A stretch of 64,000 nt of DNA, from contig CAWBKB010000001.1 of the NCBI GenBank assembly GCA_963789265.1, positions 1,312,001 to 1,376,000 on the forward strand. Reading direction: 5' to 3'. Position numbers and translations under genes: made by a program. This document shows, piece after piece, positions 51,689 through 61,708 of the stretch. This stretch comes from an uncultured delta proteobacterium (GTDB lineage Bacteria; Desulfobacterota; Desulfomonilia; Desulfomonilales; Desulfomonilaceae). The notes under the pieces were generated by a model, which saw only the letters and a list, made by a program, of their open reading frames with translations, was not told the DNA's origin and made no database searches. Position 1 is the stretch's first letter, and the number at the start of each line of letters is the position of its first letter.

Positions 51689-54600
51689 ATGCCTAACTGC
51701 CTACGTGTACTGATTGTCGAAGATTCGGAAGATGACGCTCTTTTAATGGTCAATGAGTTGGAATGTGCAGGTTTTCAAGTGGCTTACAAACGCGTGCAAA
51801 CAGCGGAACAAACCAGCCATGCTCTGGCCGGGGATATCTGGGACCTCGTTGTCGCGGACTACAAGATGCCTCGTTTTAGCGGAAATGCGGCATTAAAGCT
51901 CGTCAGAGACCGTGGTTTGGATATGCCGTTTATATTGGTGTCCGGCAAAATAGGCGAAGAGACCGCAGTGGAGGCCATGAAGGCGGGCGCTCACGATTAC
52001 GTGATGAAAGATAATTTGACGAGGCTGGTTCCTGCGGTTCAGCGGGAATTACGCGAGGCACAAATCCGTCGAGAACGGAAGCGGGCAGATGAGGCCCTAC
52101 ATGAGAGCGAGTTCCGGTTCCGCCAGATCTACGACCATGCCCCGGTGATGATGCACTCCCTCGACGAGGATGCGGTGATCCGGAACGTCAACACCAAGTG
52201 GCTGAAGGAAATGGGTTACGAGCGGGAGGAGGTCATAGGACGGAAAATTGATTTTTTGATGACCCCGGAATCCAGGCAGCGTCTGTGGGCAGCCCTCGCG
52301 AGATTATGGCGTGAAGAAAAAGTTTCCGACCTTTTTTACCAATACGTGAGAAAGCATGGCGCGGTCATGGACGTGCTACTTGACTCAGTGGTTGTGCACG
52401 ACCCCGTCTGGGGAAAGGTCAGCTTGACTGTGGTTCGCGATATTACGGCCCAAAGGCGCGCTGAAAATGCGCTTCGCGAAAGTGAAGAGCGCTACAGGAC
52501 GCTTATTGAAACCATGAACGAAGGGTTTGGTATTCAAGACGTCAAGGGAATCATCACATACGCAAACCACAAGCTTTGCGAAATGCTCCAGTGTTCGCAG
52601 CAAGAGCTGATTGGACGTTCGGCCAACGATTTCTTCGACGCTTTCGATCAGACAGTGGATCATTTGCCGAAAATGCTTAATGATACCTCTTACGAGGTCA
52701 CTTGGACCGGAAAAAATGGTGGCAGAGTCGCCACGATCATGTCCCCCAGACCGCTTTTCAACTTCCAAGGCGAGTTCATTGGGAGCTGCGCGGTCATAAC
52801 CGATATAAGCGAAAGAAAAAGAAAAGAAGAAGAGGTCTCACGCCTACGCCACCAGTTGGAACTGATCCTGAGTTCGGCCTGGGAGGGGATTCTCGGTTTG
52901 GATCGAGAAGGAAACCACATATTTGTGAACCTTGCTGCCGCGCGGCTCCTTGGGTACGAGGTCGAAGAACTCATTGGGAAAAAGACCCATGCAATCTGGC
53001 ATCACTTCAAGCTGGACGGCAGCCCGTATCCTGAAGAGGAATGTCCTATCTACACTGCCCTCAAAACAGGTATTGCCTATCACTCCACGGACGAGGTTTT
53101 GTGGAAGAAGAACGGAACGAGTCTTACCGCTGAATTCGCTGTCAGCCCTATCAAGGAAGGATCACAGGTGATTGGGGCGGTGGCGACTTTCTGGGACACT
53201 ACACGTCGCAAACGCGATGAACAAGTGATTCGAGCAGCCAGGGAAACACTGGAAGCCATTTTCAATGCCATCACGGAGTCGTTGATCCTGTTGGACAGAG
53301 ATGGACTTGTCGTTTCAATGAATAAAACCGCTGCCGAACGACTTGGCGAGACCGAGGAGAAACTAACCGGGCGCTCAATATACGATCTGCTGGCCCCGGG
53401 CACTGAAAATAGAAGGGCTGAATACGAGACGGTAATTCAATCGCGGAGGCCGTCAAGATTCGAGGACAAGCAGGGAGAGATGATTCTTGACCAGCACGTG
53501 TACCCTGTCTTCGGGCCTGACTCCAGCGTGGAGAGACTCGCAATATTCGCTCGTGACATCACGGAACAAAAGCTTACGGAAGACGAACTCCGTCAAAGCG
53601 AAGAACGTTTCAGAATGATTTTCGAAAGCGCTCGTGACTGTATTTACATCAGGGACCGGAATCAGAAGTACACCCATGTAAATCCCGCTATGGAGAAAAT
53701 CTTTGGCCTTCCGGCGTCCGAACTGATCGGGCGCACTCCCTGTGACCTAATGACTCGAGAACAAGCGGCGTGTACCGGCGGAAGCTGACACCCGTGTCCT
53801 GACAGGCGAAGTTGTGCAAACAGAACATGTTGTAACGATCAGGGGTTCGAACCTCAGAGTTCACACTATCCTGCTTCCGATGCACAACGCGGCTGGGGAG
53901 ATCGTTAGCGTCTGCGGGATTTCGCGTGATGTCACCGACTTGCAGAGAGTGGAATTCCCTCCACATGAGACGATTGAGAAATACCCGTCAAGGGCCATGA
54001 AATCAATACTCAACAACGCAAATCTGGCCGCGAAGAGGAATACCACTGTATTGCTGTTGGGCCAGAGCGGGAGCGGAAAGGATCACCTGGCCAGATACAT
54101 TCACAATCGTTCCAGCCGTGCTGACGGCCCGTTCTTCTCAATCAATTGTGCGGCCATCACGCCATCATTGGCCGAATCGGAGCTGTTCGGCCACGAGCGG
54201 GGAGCTTTTACAGGAGCAGTCGGTCGAAAAAGGGGGCTTCTGGAGTTGGCTGACGCAGGCACACTACTGCTGAATGAAATTGGAGAGCTTTCTCTCCCGT
54301 TGCAGTCTAAGCTCCTTTCTTTTCTGGACACGCGAAAATTCACTCGTGTCGGCGGTGAGAGAGAGATCCGGGTAAATGCCAGACTCATCGCCGCTACCAA
54401 CAAAGACCTTGAGAAAGAAGTTGAAAATGGAACATTTAGAAAAGATCTTCTCTACCGACTCAATGTAATGTCCATAACAGTTCCAGCCCTTCGAGAGAGG
54501 ATCGAGGACATCCCGCTTCTTGTTCAGGAGATCCTATCCAAAATCCGCGTCGAATTGCAACTACCCGAAATCCCTGTCGTCGGCGCGTCAACTATGAATG

Positions 54601-54926
54601 CGCTAAAACAATATGACTGGCCCGGCAACGTCAGAGAGCTTCGAAACGTTCTGGAGCGAGCTTCGATACTGTCCCCGGGTAAAGAAATAAGTCTGCCCTC
54701 TGTGGGATTGCTATCTGCTGAGGACAAGCCGCTCGAAGACTGGTCATTCCAGGTTTCCTTCCCCTCCGACAAGGCTGTAACCGAGATTCTGTACGAACTC
54801 CGGATTGCACTTGCTGACGAGGCTTTGCGCAGATCCAGGGGTAACAGGAAGAATGCGGCGCGCCTGCTCGGGATTTCCCGCGACACTTTCTACAGGTACA
54901 TGAAGAATGGAGCGAAAGATCAATAA
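51689..54926 (+). CDS. sigma54-dependent activator (REC, multiple PAS, AAA+, HTH); frameshift near 53775
   Basis: LIVEDSEDD REC domain, 4-5 PAS/PAC units, GQSGSGKD, ESELFGHERGAFTGA, WPGNVREL, Fis-type HTH. Confidence 0.88.
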
Positions 54927-54935
54927 TTGAAGACC

Positions 54936-55150
54936 TGTCCGACACTTCGGACACCCCTTAGCGCCGCTGGATTTTCCGGACACATATTGACCTGAAATTA
55001 CTGAGATCAGTGAAGTGTGTCCGATTTGCCGCGCACATATTATTGAATTAGGGAACTCTCCGGTTCCGCTGACAATCTCCTCTTTGCATGACAACTACTT
55101 GATTTTACGTTTACTCTGCCACGGAATCGTGCTTTGGCATGGAAAGTGCT
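54936..55150 (+). promoter_or_regulatory. sigma54 promoter with upstream activator sites and an IHF site
   Basis: TGTCCG-N6-CGGACA (54936-54953) plus two partial copies; exact IHF consensus AATCAAGTAGTTG on minus strand (55092-55104); TGGCAT-N5-GTGC -24/-12 element (55135-55149). Confidence 0.75.
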
Positions 55151-55424
55151 CTTCAATCTTCATAAATCTCGCCCCAATTAGTACGACCTGCGGCAGGCTC
55201 CGGCAAAGTTCGGTAATTGAGTGGGAAATATATTTGAATTTGGGGGGGGAGTTCCCAAAAGGAAGACCCGGGGCGAGGTTTTCTAAGTTCATCCGGCAAT
55301 TATCTCCCCCCAGTCGGGTGAACTGCTCGGTCTCGCACGAAGACGAGGTACGGAAACGTTACAGGGGGTCTTTGGGGTCGAACTATCAAGAAAAAAGAAT
55401 ATGGAATTTGATATGAGGTGATGG

Positions 55425-55712
55425 ATGTTGAAAGAAAAACTGATTGACGATCTCATCGAAGCTGGATGGTGTGTGTTGGATACTTACTTTAGCGAAGCAG
55501 CATTTCAGAACTGGCGGGAACGGGCCCTCGTATGCCTGACCGATCTCCTTGGTCCTGAACATGTGTATGTCCAACAATTTAACGATTGCCTACGACAGAG
55601 CGAAAAACTCAACCTCATGGCAGGAGCGGGAGTTTCTCGTAGCGGCCAAAGAAATCGCGGCCAAGACGAACCCGGATGCCGGCCGTGCCCTTCACTCCTA
55701 AACGACGGATGA
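55425..55712 (+). CDS. Hypothetical protein (possible frameshift near 55634)
   Basis: GAGGTG RBS; helical protein-like sequence; removing one T gives the tail GVLVAAKEIA. Confidence 0.65.
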   Translation: MLKEKLIDDLIEAGWCVLDTYFSEAAFQNWRERALVCLTDLLGPEHVYVQQFNDCLRQSEKLNLMAGAGVSRSGQRNRGQDEPGCRPCPSLLNDG

Positions 55713-55718
55713 GATCCT

Positions 55719-55910
55719 ATGCATCGTATCATAAATTTCGGCTATCACATTTTGCGAGGTGTTATTCCTCAACGAGAATGCGACCGCTTTATGTCGGATG
55801 TGGCTTCACACATTGTGTCCGAAGCCGAGCATCTTGAAATGGAACTCTTTGCGATTAAGGAGAAAGTGGCGGAGTTTGAGGATCGTCTGAAAAGAGTGGC
55901 AGAATACTAA
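55719..55910 (+). CDS. Small hypothetical protein with a coiled-coil-like C-terminus
   Basis: 63-aa ORF directly after the previous gene. Confidence 0.45.
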   Translation: MHRIINFGYHILRGVIPQRECDRFMSDVASHIVSEAEHLEMELFAIKEKVAEFEDRLKRVAEY

Positions 55911-55953
55911 GGCCTTTGACTCATAAAGTCAGCAACGTATTTCGGGTACAAGT

Positions 55954-56011
55954 AGTGGGACAGGCATCTTGCCTGTCATTTCATGATCGACAGGCAAGAT
56001 GCCTGTCCCAC
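55954..56011. repeat. GTGG-type REP doublet
   Basis: GTGGGACAGGCATCTTGCCTGTC..GACAGGCAAGATGCCTGTCCCAC. Confidence 0.8.
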
Positions 56012-56108
56012 CAATACCGTGGCCCCGAAGCCTCGCTCATTGTCCTTGGTTGGAAAATGTGTCACTCGAATCATGAATTGGGCCACTAAGCATTCGGACA
56101 ATTCTTGC

Positions 56109-56834
56109 TCATCCTGCGAACGCATGTTGGCCGTTCAACTGCATAGAGGACGGAATTTCAAAGCGTTCTCGCATACGTTCTATACGTCCCTGTCCGAATT
56201 CTTCTATTCGGCCAAAATCGTAGTTCAGCGTGTCAATATTTCGGAAACCCTGAACAATGTAGCGCTTCACATTTCCCAAGGCACGTCTGATACGTTCCAA
56301 CTGAGGTTCCTCCACGAGCCCTGGAATTGCGGTTGTCCGAAAGGTAACTTGCAGGTCTGAGTATCTCAAAATGTCTATGCTTCGTGTGATAAGACCGAGA
56401 TCGATCGGCATTCCGGCCGCCCGAGAGTATTCCTCCGAGGTTAGAGGAGCTTTGATGTCCATAGAGACAGCGTCTACGAGCCTCAAGTCGATCAGAGCTT
56501 CCAGCATTTCAGGATTAGAGCCGTTGGTGTCCAGCTTGATCTTCAGTTTTCGGTGACGAAAGATCCTTAGCAGGTTGGGTAAAGACTTGTGGATCGTCGG
56601 CTCTCCTCCGGTAACGGTGATTCCGTCGATCCAGTTACCCCGGGCGTCCAGACTCCGCAGGATCTCCTCGACAGGATAATCGGGCAACGATCGGGGTTCC
56701 AATACCAGGTTGCGATTGTGGCACGCGGGACATCGGAATCCGCATCCACCGAGGAAAATCACGGAGCAAATCGTGCCGGGCCAGTCAAGAAAAGAGGTTG
56801 GTATAAACCCTTTGATGTGGAATGTATCGTTCAT
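56109..56834 (-). CDS. nrdG: Anaerobic ribonucleotide reductase activase (radical SAM)
   Basis: SFLDWPG, GCGFRCPACHN, TGGEPT, KLDTNG, MDIKAP. Confidence 0.93.
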   Translation of the reverse strand: MNDTFHIKGFIPTSFLDWPGTICSVIFLGGCGFRCPACHNRNLVLEPRSLPDYPVEEILRSLDARGNWIDGITVTGGEPTIHKSLPNLLRIFRHRKLKIKLDTNGSNPEMLEALIDLRLVDAVSMDIKAPLTSEEYSRAAGMPIDLGLITRSIDILRYSDLQVTFRTTAIPGLVEEPQLERIRRALGNVKRYIVQGFRNIDTLNYDFGRIEEFGQGRIERMRERFEIPSSMQLNGQHAFAG

Positions 56835-56945
56835 AGTATCGCCGTCCTGTCGGAACTCTCGGAGAGTAAGATTTGGGGGTGGAACTTATTTGATTAAGTT
56901 CCACCCCGGACCCCCTCCCGGCATAATCGGGCTATGGTTCACTGC

Positions 56946-57197
56946 TCAACTGCAGTGCTTCGTGAGATACTTTCTGATGTTTACTGCGCCGGTAATCACG
57001 TCTTCGGAATCGGATACCAGGATAGGAAGTTTCTTTTCCGAGAGCGACACGCATTCGTAATATGCCAATAAGGCAAGGGCTTCCGGATCCTCCCGGTTCA
57101 GAGTCATCACCGTAAGATCTTTCATGCTGCCGAGATCCACATTGGCTTTCACCCAATCGCACTTTCCGCAACCCTCTTTCGTAAAAAGATAAGTCAT
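56946..57197 (-). CDS. NrdH/glutaredoxin-like CxxC protein
   Basis: LFTKEGCGKC and LPIL motifs; GGAGG RBS; located in the nrd operon. Confidence 0.8.
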   Translation of the reverse strand: MTYLFTKEGCGKCDWVKANVDLGSMKDLTVMTLNREDPEALALLAYYECVSLSEKKLPILVSDSEDVITGAVNIRKYLTKHCS

Positions 57198-57274
57198 AGC
57201 CAACCTCCAATTCAAAATCTCTTATGGGTTACCCCTGGTCTGTGGCACCGCAAACATACAAAGGTTCCAGTTCT

Positions 57275-57670
57275 TCATTGCCGATTTCGGTCAGCTCCCC
57301 CAGGTCCAAAGGGCCGATAAGAAGACGAACCGAAGGAGGACGGGGGACCTGGATCGCTTGATTTCGAGCCCGATGGAGCCCAGTTACGAAGTAGTATTCG
57401 CAGCAGTTCCTCCAGGTCTGGACTTGCCTGGCGACTCCGGTTGGCGCTGCACTGCAAGGGACGAAGGTTCCTAATGTGATCAGAACCCCATTGATCAACA
57501 GGTAAGATGTGGTCAATCTCCCAGCCCTGAGCATCCCACCAATGCCCATAACGATCTCTCCTAATCGGATTGCCATAATCATCGTATCGAATGTACTCAG
57601 GGTCTCCGCCCCATGCGGGCCTGGCTTTCTCCCATACTTTTTGAATTGTCGTTGGATCCCATGTGCTCAT
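57275..57670 (-). CDS. Free-standing small HNH endonuclease
   Basis: GWEIDHILP..GSD..NLRPL...NR beta-beta-alpha-metal motif; AGGAG RBS. Confidence 0.85.
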   Translation of the reverse strand: MSTWDPTTIQKVWEKARPAWGGDPEYIRYDDYGNPIRRDRYGHWWDAQGWEIDHILPVDQWGSDHIRNLRPLQCSANRSRQASPDLEELLRILLRNWAPSGSKSSDPGPPSSFGSSSYRPFGPGGADRNRQ

Positions 57671-57718
57671 GGTTGACTCCTAATCTGCGACCAGAGGAGG
57701 CCAGCATGCTAATCAATC

Positions 57719-59842
57719 TCAACTCTCATCCAATCCGACGTTGAGACTGAGGTTTCTGTATCTATCCTTCAGTTCGCCTCTTTTGCCCTTGTTCCAGCTC
57801 GAGACCTTCGTGAAGTAGCCGGTGATTCTCGTGATTTGCTCTACACGGTCAGACTTGCAATATAGACACAAGTCGTGAAGCCCTCGGCTGGTCCGTCCGC
57901 ATGAGACGCAAGTCGTCAGTTCAGGAGAAAAAGCAACTTGATCGTTCTGTGTCAGCCTGAACGTTTTAACCACAAAGTTCGCCAGGGACTCCGCGCTCGG
58001 GCGGCTCTCTCCAAGCCACACATGAGTAAGGGAGCCGGCCTCGATCAACGGATGGAACAGGCCTTCTTTCTTGACTCGTTCGATGGGATCCACAGCGGCC
58101 CCGACGTTAAAGAGCGTGGAATTCGTATAATAGATCTCTTCGAGGCCGAGATTCCCTTTTACGACTTTCTGGGTTTCAGGAAAGAGCTTCATGTCCAGCT
58201 TGGCAAAACGATACGCGGTGCTCTCCGCAGGTGTCTGCTCCAACACAAATCGCATATTGTACTTCTTGCCCAGACGGTTCGCGACCAGATTCATGTGAGC
58301 TATCACCTTCAGCCCGAACTTGATGGCCTCTTTGCTTTCGTGAAGTTCTTCGCCTGTGTGGTACTGGACCAACTCGTTGAGCCCCACCATGCCGATCAAG
58401 TACGTGACCCGGTGCATTCTCAGGTAAGACTCTCCATCCCGATCCATGGTGAGAAGAGCCAGCGGGCCGGTTTCTCCTAGAGCTAGCAGACGCTCGATAA
58501 ACGCTTTTTTCTGCAGATGGGCTTCGGCCGCCAGAGAAATCCTCTCAGCGATAAGGGAGTATAGCCTGGCGTCATCGCCTGCCGCTTCGTAGGAAATGCG
58601 GGGAAGATTGATGGTGACGTTTTGCAAAGCAGAGTATCGCATCTTCCAGGGCTGGACCGCGTCGTCGAGATCGCTCTTCTCCAACTTGAAGGACAAGCGG
58701 CAACACTCCGATATCTTGGCGGTCTCCCCTCTGTCAAACACGAAGTAAGTGTTTCCTTTTTCCGAGGCTATGTCACAAATGTGGTGCAGAAACTCTTCAT
58801 GCCCGGGAGTTTTGAAGAACTTTTCCGTAATATGAACCAGAGGCTTCGGGAAGAAAAAGGGACGCCCTGCGCCGTCACCTTCGCGGTAAATGTCGAAAAG
58901 CGTCCAGACGAAATTCTGAGCCTCGGGGAGGTATTCTGCGTACGTGTGGCCGGTAAAGGTCCCTCCCGGTCCTATCGCCGGCACATTTTCAAAGTGCTTC
59001 GGGATTTCCCAATACAAATTGATGTCAGTGAAGATAGCCTGGCCGCCTCTGGCCACGGCCTGTTGAGAGAATTCAAATATCAACATCTGTGCCAATTGGC
59101 GCACTTCTCTTTTTGGTAGCCCCCTGAGGTAGGGCGCAAAAAAGAGATTCACGGCATCCCAGCCTATAGCGCCCGCAAAATGGCTCTGCAAAGCCGCTGC
59201 AAACTTTACCATGTGGGCCAGCAGCACCTCAGGATGCTTGGCCGGATTGGCCATAGCAAGCGAATTGGGCAAGTTCAGACCGAACTTCTTAATGTATTCC
59301 AGTGATTGGCCGGAGCAATAGGGTCTGTCGATAAAACCCAAGTCGTGAAGATGAATGTCGCCTCGCATGTGGGCGTCGCCGACACTCTGATCGAAAACAT
59401 TTAGCAGAGCGTATTCCTTCTTTATATTTTCCGCCAAGGTCAGGTTTGTGGCCTCAGGCCCATGAGGCACATTAGCATTCTCTTTGTTCGGACGCGTGAT
59501 AAGTTGATCCACATCGTACAACGGCACCCCAAGCCGAGTGTGCAGGCGCCGCTCAGCTTCCAATCCTCTCTCCAGGAGCTTCGCGTTAACCATCTCTCTA
59601 ATGAGAGGGGAAGTGATAACTTTGATACCGCTTCGCTTTATGTCATTTTCGACTTCGAGGCTGATATCTTCTGCAGTTCCTTCATCAATAAACGTTTCTC
59701 GGAGCAGTGCATCCACGATCCTGCTGCGATCCCAACCATCCATGGCTTCACTGGAGGTCCTGACGAATAGAGCCATATCGGTAGTTTCAAGATGACGCGG
59801 ACTTTCTTTCCTGTACTCCTTGATCTCACTTACGCTAGCCAT
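57719..59842 (-). CDS. nrdD: Class III (anaerobic) ribonucleoside-triphosphate reductase with ATP cone
   Basis: ATP cone, H..GDIHLHDL, PYC, ECCRL finger loop, TPAES, YYTNS, CxxC..CxxC, RITGY glycyl-radical motif. Confidence 0.96.
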   Translation of the reverse strand: MASVSEIKEYRKESPRHLETTDMALFVRTSSEAMDGWDRSRIVDALLRETFIDEGTAEDISLEVENDIKRSGIKVITSPLIREMVNAKLLERGLEAERRLHTRLGVPLYDVDQLITRPNKENANVPHGPEATNLTLAENIKKEYALLNVFDQSVGDAHMRGDIHLHDLGFIDRPYCSGQSLEYIKKFGLNLPNSLAMANPAKHPEVLLAHMVKFAAALQSHFAGAIGWDAVNLFFAPYLRGLPKREVRQLAQMLIFEFSQQAVARGGQAIFTDINLYWEIPKHFENVPAIGPGGTFTGHTYAEYLPEAQNFVWTLFDIYREGDGAGRPFFFPKPLVHITEKFFKTPGHEEFLHHICDIASEKGNTYFVFDRGETAKISECCRLSFKLEKSDLDDAVQPWKMRYSALQNVTINLPRISYEAAGDDARLYSLIAERISLAAEAHLQKKAFIERLLALGETGPLALLTMDRDGESYLRMHRVTYLIGMVGLNELVQYHTGEELHESKEAIKFGLKVIAHMNLVANRLGKKYNMRFVLEQTPAESTAYRFAKLDMKLFPETQKVVKGNLGLEEIYYTNSTLFNVGAAVDPIERVKKEGLFHPLIEAGSLTHVWLGESRPSAESLANFVVKTFRLTQNDQVAFSPELTTCVSCGRTSRGLHDLCLYCKSDRVEQITRITGYFTKVSSWNKGKRGELKDRYRNLSLNVGLDES

Positions 59843-60126
59843 AGCAATCCCCCATTCTATTGATGCCATCTGTAGTTAGCCTTTATGTCCTTTCGGCTCA
59901 ACTCTTCCTGCCGGATTCCAGGCCCCGAACCCAACCGGCACCGGTATTCCGGTTAAGACTTCGGCGCGCAGGTCACGCTTAGCACTAGCGGCCAAACCAA
60001 ACTCACATCCCCCTTGCCTTGTTCTTTATTATAAAGCTTTCTTCCGGGAGCTTCGGGACTGCTGGATACTTATTCCAAAAGTACCCGGAATTCAGTGCTG
60101 AATGACACTTTGATGCCGCCAACGCA

Positions 60127-60178
60127 GCGGATCATCTTGTGGGGTGCATCTTTATCGCCACAACATCTAGTGTGTCAA
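60127..60178 (-). promoter_or_regulatory. Tandem NrdR boxes overlapping the nrdD promoter
   Basis: CCACAACATCTAGTGT (60158-60173) and a weaker GCGGATCATCTTGTGG (60127-60142), 31 bp apart; minus-strand TTGACA at 60173-60178. Confidence 0.8.
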
Positions 60179-60401
60179 GGAGAAAAATTGTGACCTGATG
60201 TCCGCGAGGGGTATACATCCGAAATTGCGGCCTATATTTTTTAAACTAATAATATTACTAAATTAAGCATAAACCCTCGAAAAACTGAAAGGCCCGGCCC
60301 CCTGTTTTCTACATCCGAACGGACGCGGTCGCGTGACACCGGGGGGCGACGGACGCATCCACTCCTAAAGCAATGTCGGGCCTCATAAAATGAGACGATT
60401 C

Positions 60402-60857
60402 CTAGCCGACTCGAACACTGTCCGAGTTGCGCAGAATTATGTATATAAACTCTTCATCGGTATAAGGGACTGTGGGAAAAGGTCTGTTCCAGTACTTGCG
60501 GGATTGAGCGGCCAGATCTGCGAGCTGCATGCTTCCGCCCGCTTTGGCCAGAACTGCTTGAATCACGGTCATTAATGGAGTTCGAATCTCGACATCCCCT
60601 TTTTTGTTGAGTTTCTCCACATCGGCAAGTGAAGGAGCGGACGCGAGATCCCCAAGAAGTGAAACGGTCACTTTACTGATATCGCCCTGAAATGCGCTCG
60701 TCAACGAGGTGCGAGGCCTCGGGATATTCCTCGCGGAAGCAAGCTCCGGCGCCTCAAGATCCTCCGTTTCATCCGCTTCGGGCGCGATCACGTCCGAGAT
60801 TTCGGCCTCAGATTGCGCTTTGGCAACCTTTCCTTTTGTTTTCACCTTTGCAGACAT
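60402..60857 (-). CDS. Hypothetical protein with a disordered N-terminus and a possible winged-HTH C-terminus
   Basis: GGAGG RBS; own promoter TTGACA-17-TAAAAT at 61042-61014. Confidence 0.7.
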   Translation of the reverse strand: MSAKVKTKGKVAKAQSEAEISDVIAPEADETEDLEAPELASARNIPRPRTSLTSAFQGDISKVTVSLLGDLASAPSLADVEKLNKKGDVEIRTPLMTVIQAVLAKAGGSMQLADLAAQSRKYWNRPFPTVPYTDEEFIYIILRNSDSVRVG

Positions 60858-61154
60858 AGCATCCTCCTGTGAGACCTCCTCATCGACCGGATTAGCAGTC
60901 ACGTGGCTTAGGTGCGCGTTACGTTCCCAGCCCCATACCCCGCGGCCACAATTGCCAAGCGCCCCCGCTCTGACTTGGAAGCGATCTCATTGAAATATTT
61001 CATAAATTAGGCGATTTTAGGCGCGCCGCCTACTTTTGTCAATGATTTAATGATTCAGGCCGTCACCCGGGCATAGCCGCGCAAAATCTCATCGTGCAAT
61101 CACAGAAGATCCGCAACCGCTTGATTTTGTTTCACGCGCTATCGCCCGACGGTA

Positions 61155-61700
61155 TCAGAACTTCGGCAGCAGAAACGGCCTACTCTTCTTATATTCCTCG
61201 TATTCTAAACCGTATCTGAGTTGCAGCTCCTTTTCTTCGATCAATTTGATGTAGCAACTCCCTATAACCAGGCCGAGCAGAAGCATGACGATGCCGATCG
61301 TTATTGAACCGTAGTAGATCCCTGTACCAAGATAATATAGCAAAGCCCCAAACGCCATGGGATTTCGGCACAATTTGTACGGGCCCGACACGATGAGTTT
61401 CTTGGGTGGTGCGACTGGAACCGCAGTGCCTTTGCCCACTGTTAGGAAAGTCAAAACAGACCATGCCATAAAGAACAGGCCGACGATTGCGCACACCGCA
61501 CTGACGCCGAGTTCCAGAAGCTTCGTTCGTTCCGCAAGGACAAATTTGTCCAGAGCATATCCCGCGAGGAAGAGAAATACAGGGATAACAAGGACAAAGG
61601 CCACTGCTCCGGCCAGCCCTATCGCTATCCTGTGACTGAGGGGCCGCTCTTTCCGGGTGGCCTCAACCAGACGTTCCACATACCTCTGAAGAGCCATCAT
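61155..61700 (-). CDS. Isoprenylcysteine/phospholipid methyltransferase-family membrane protein
   Basis: GKGT..P..PPKKLIVSGPY..RNPM, EEKEL..RYG..Y..Y. Confidence 0.88.
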   Translation of the reverse strand: MMALQRYVERLVEATRKERPLSHRIAIGLAGAVAFVLVIPVFLFLAGYALDKFVLAERTKLLELGVSAVCAIVGLFFMAWSVLTFLTVGKGTAVPVAPPKKLIVSGPYKLCRNPMAFGALLYYLGTGIYYGSITIGIVMLLLGLVIGSCYIKLIEEKELQLRYGLEYEEYKKSRPFLLPKF

Positions 61701-61708
61701 TCCACTCC

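Noticed and set aside
59870..60125. Cobalamin riboswitch in the long nrdD leader
   Set aside because: No B12-box or other conserved core was found by eye; NrdR boxes already account for regulation.
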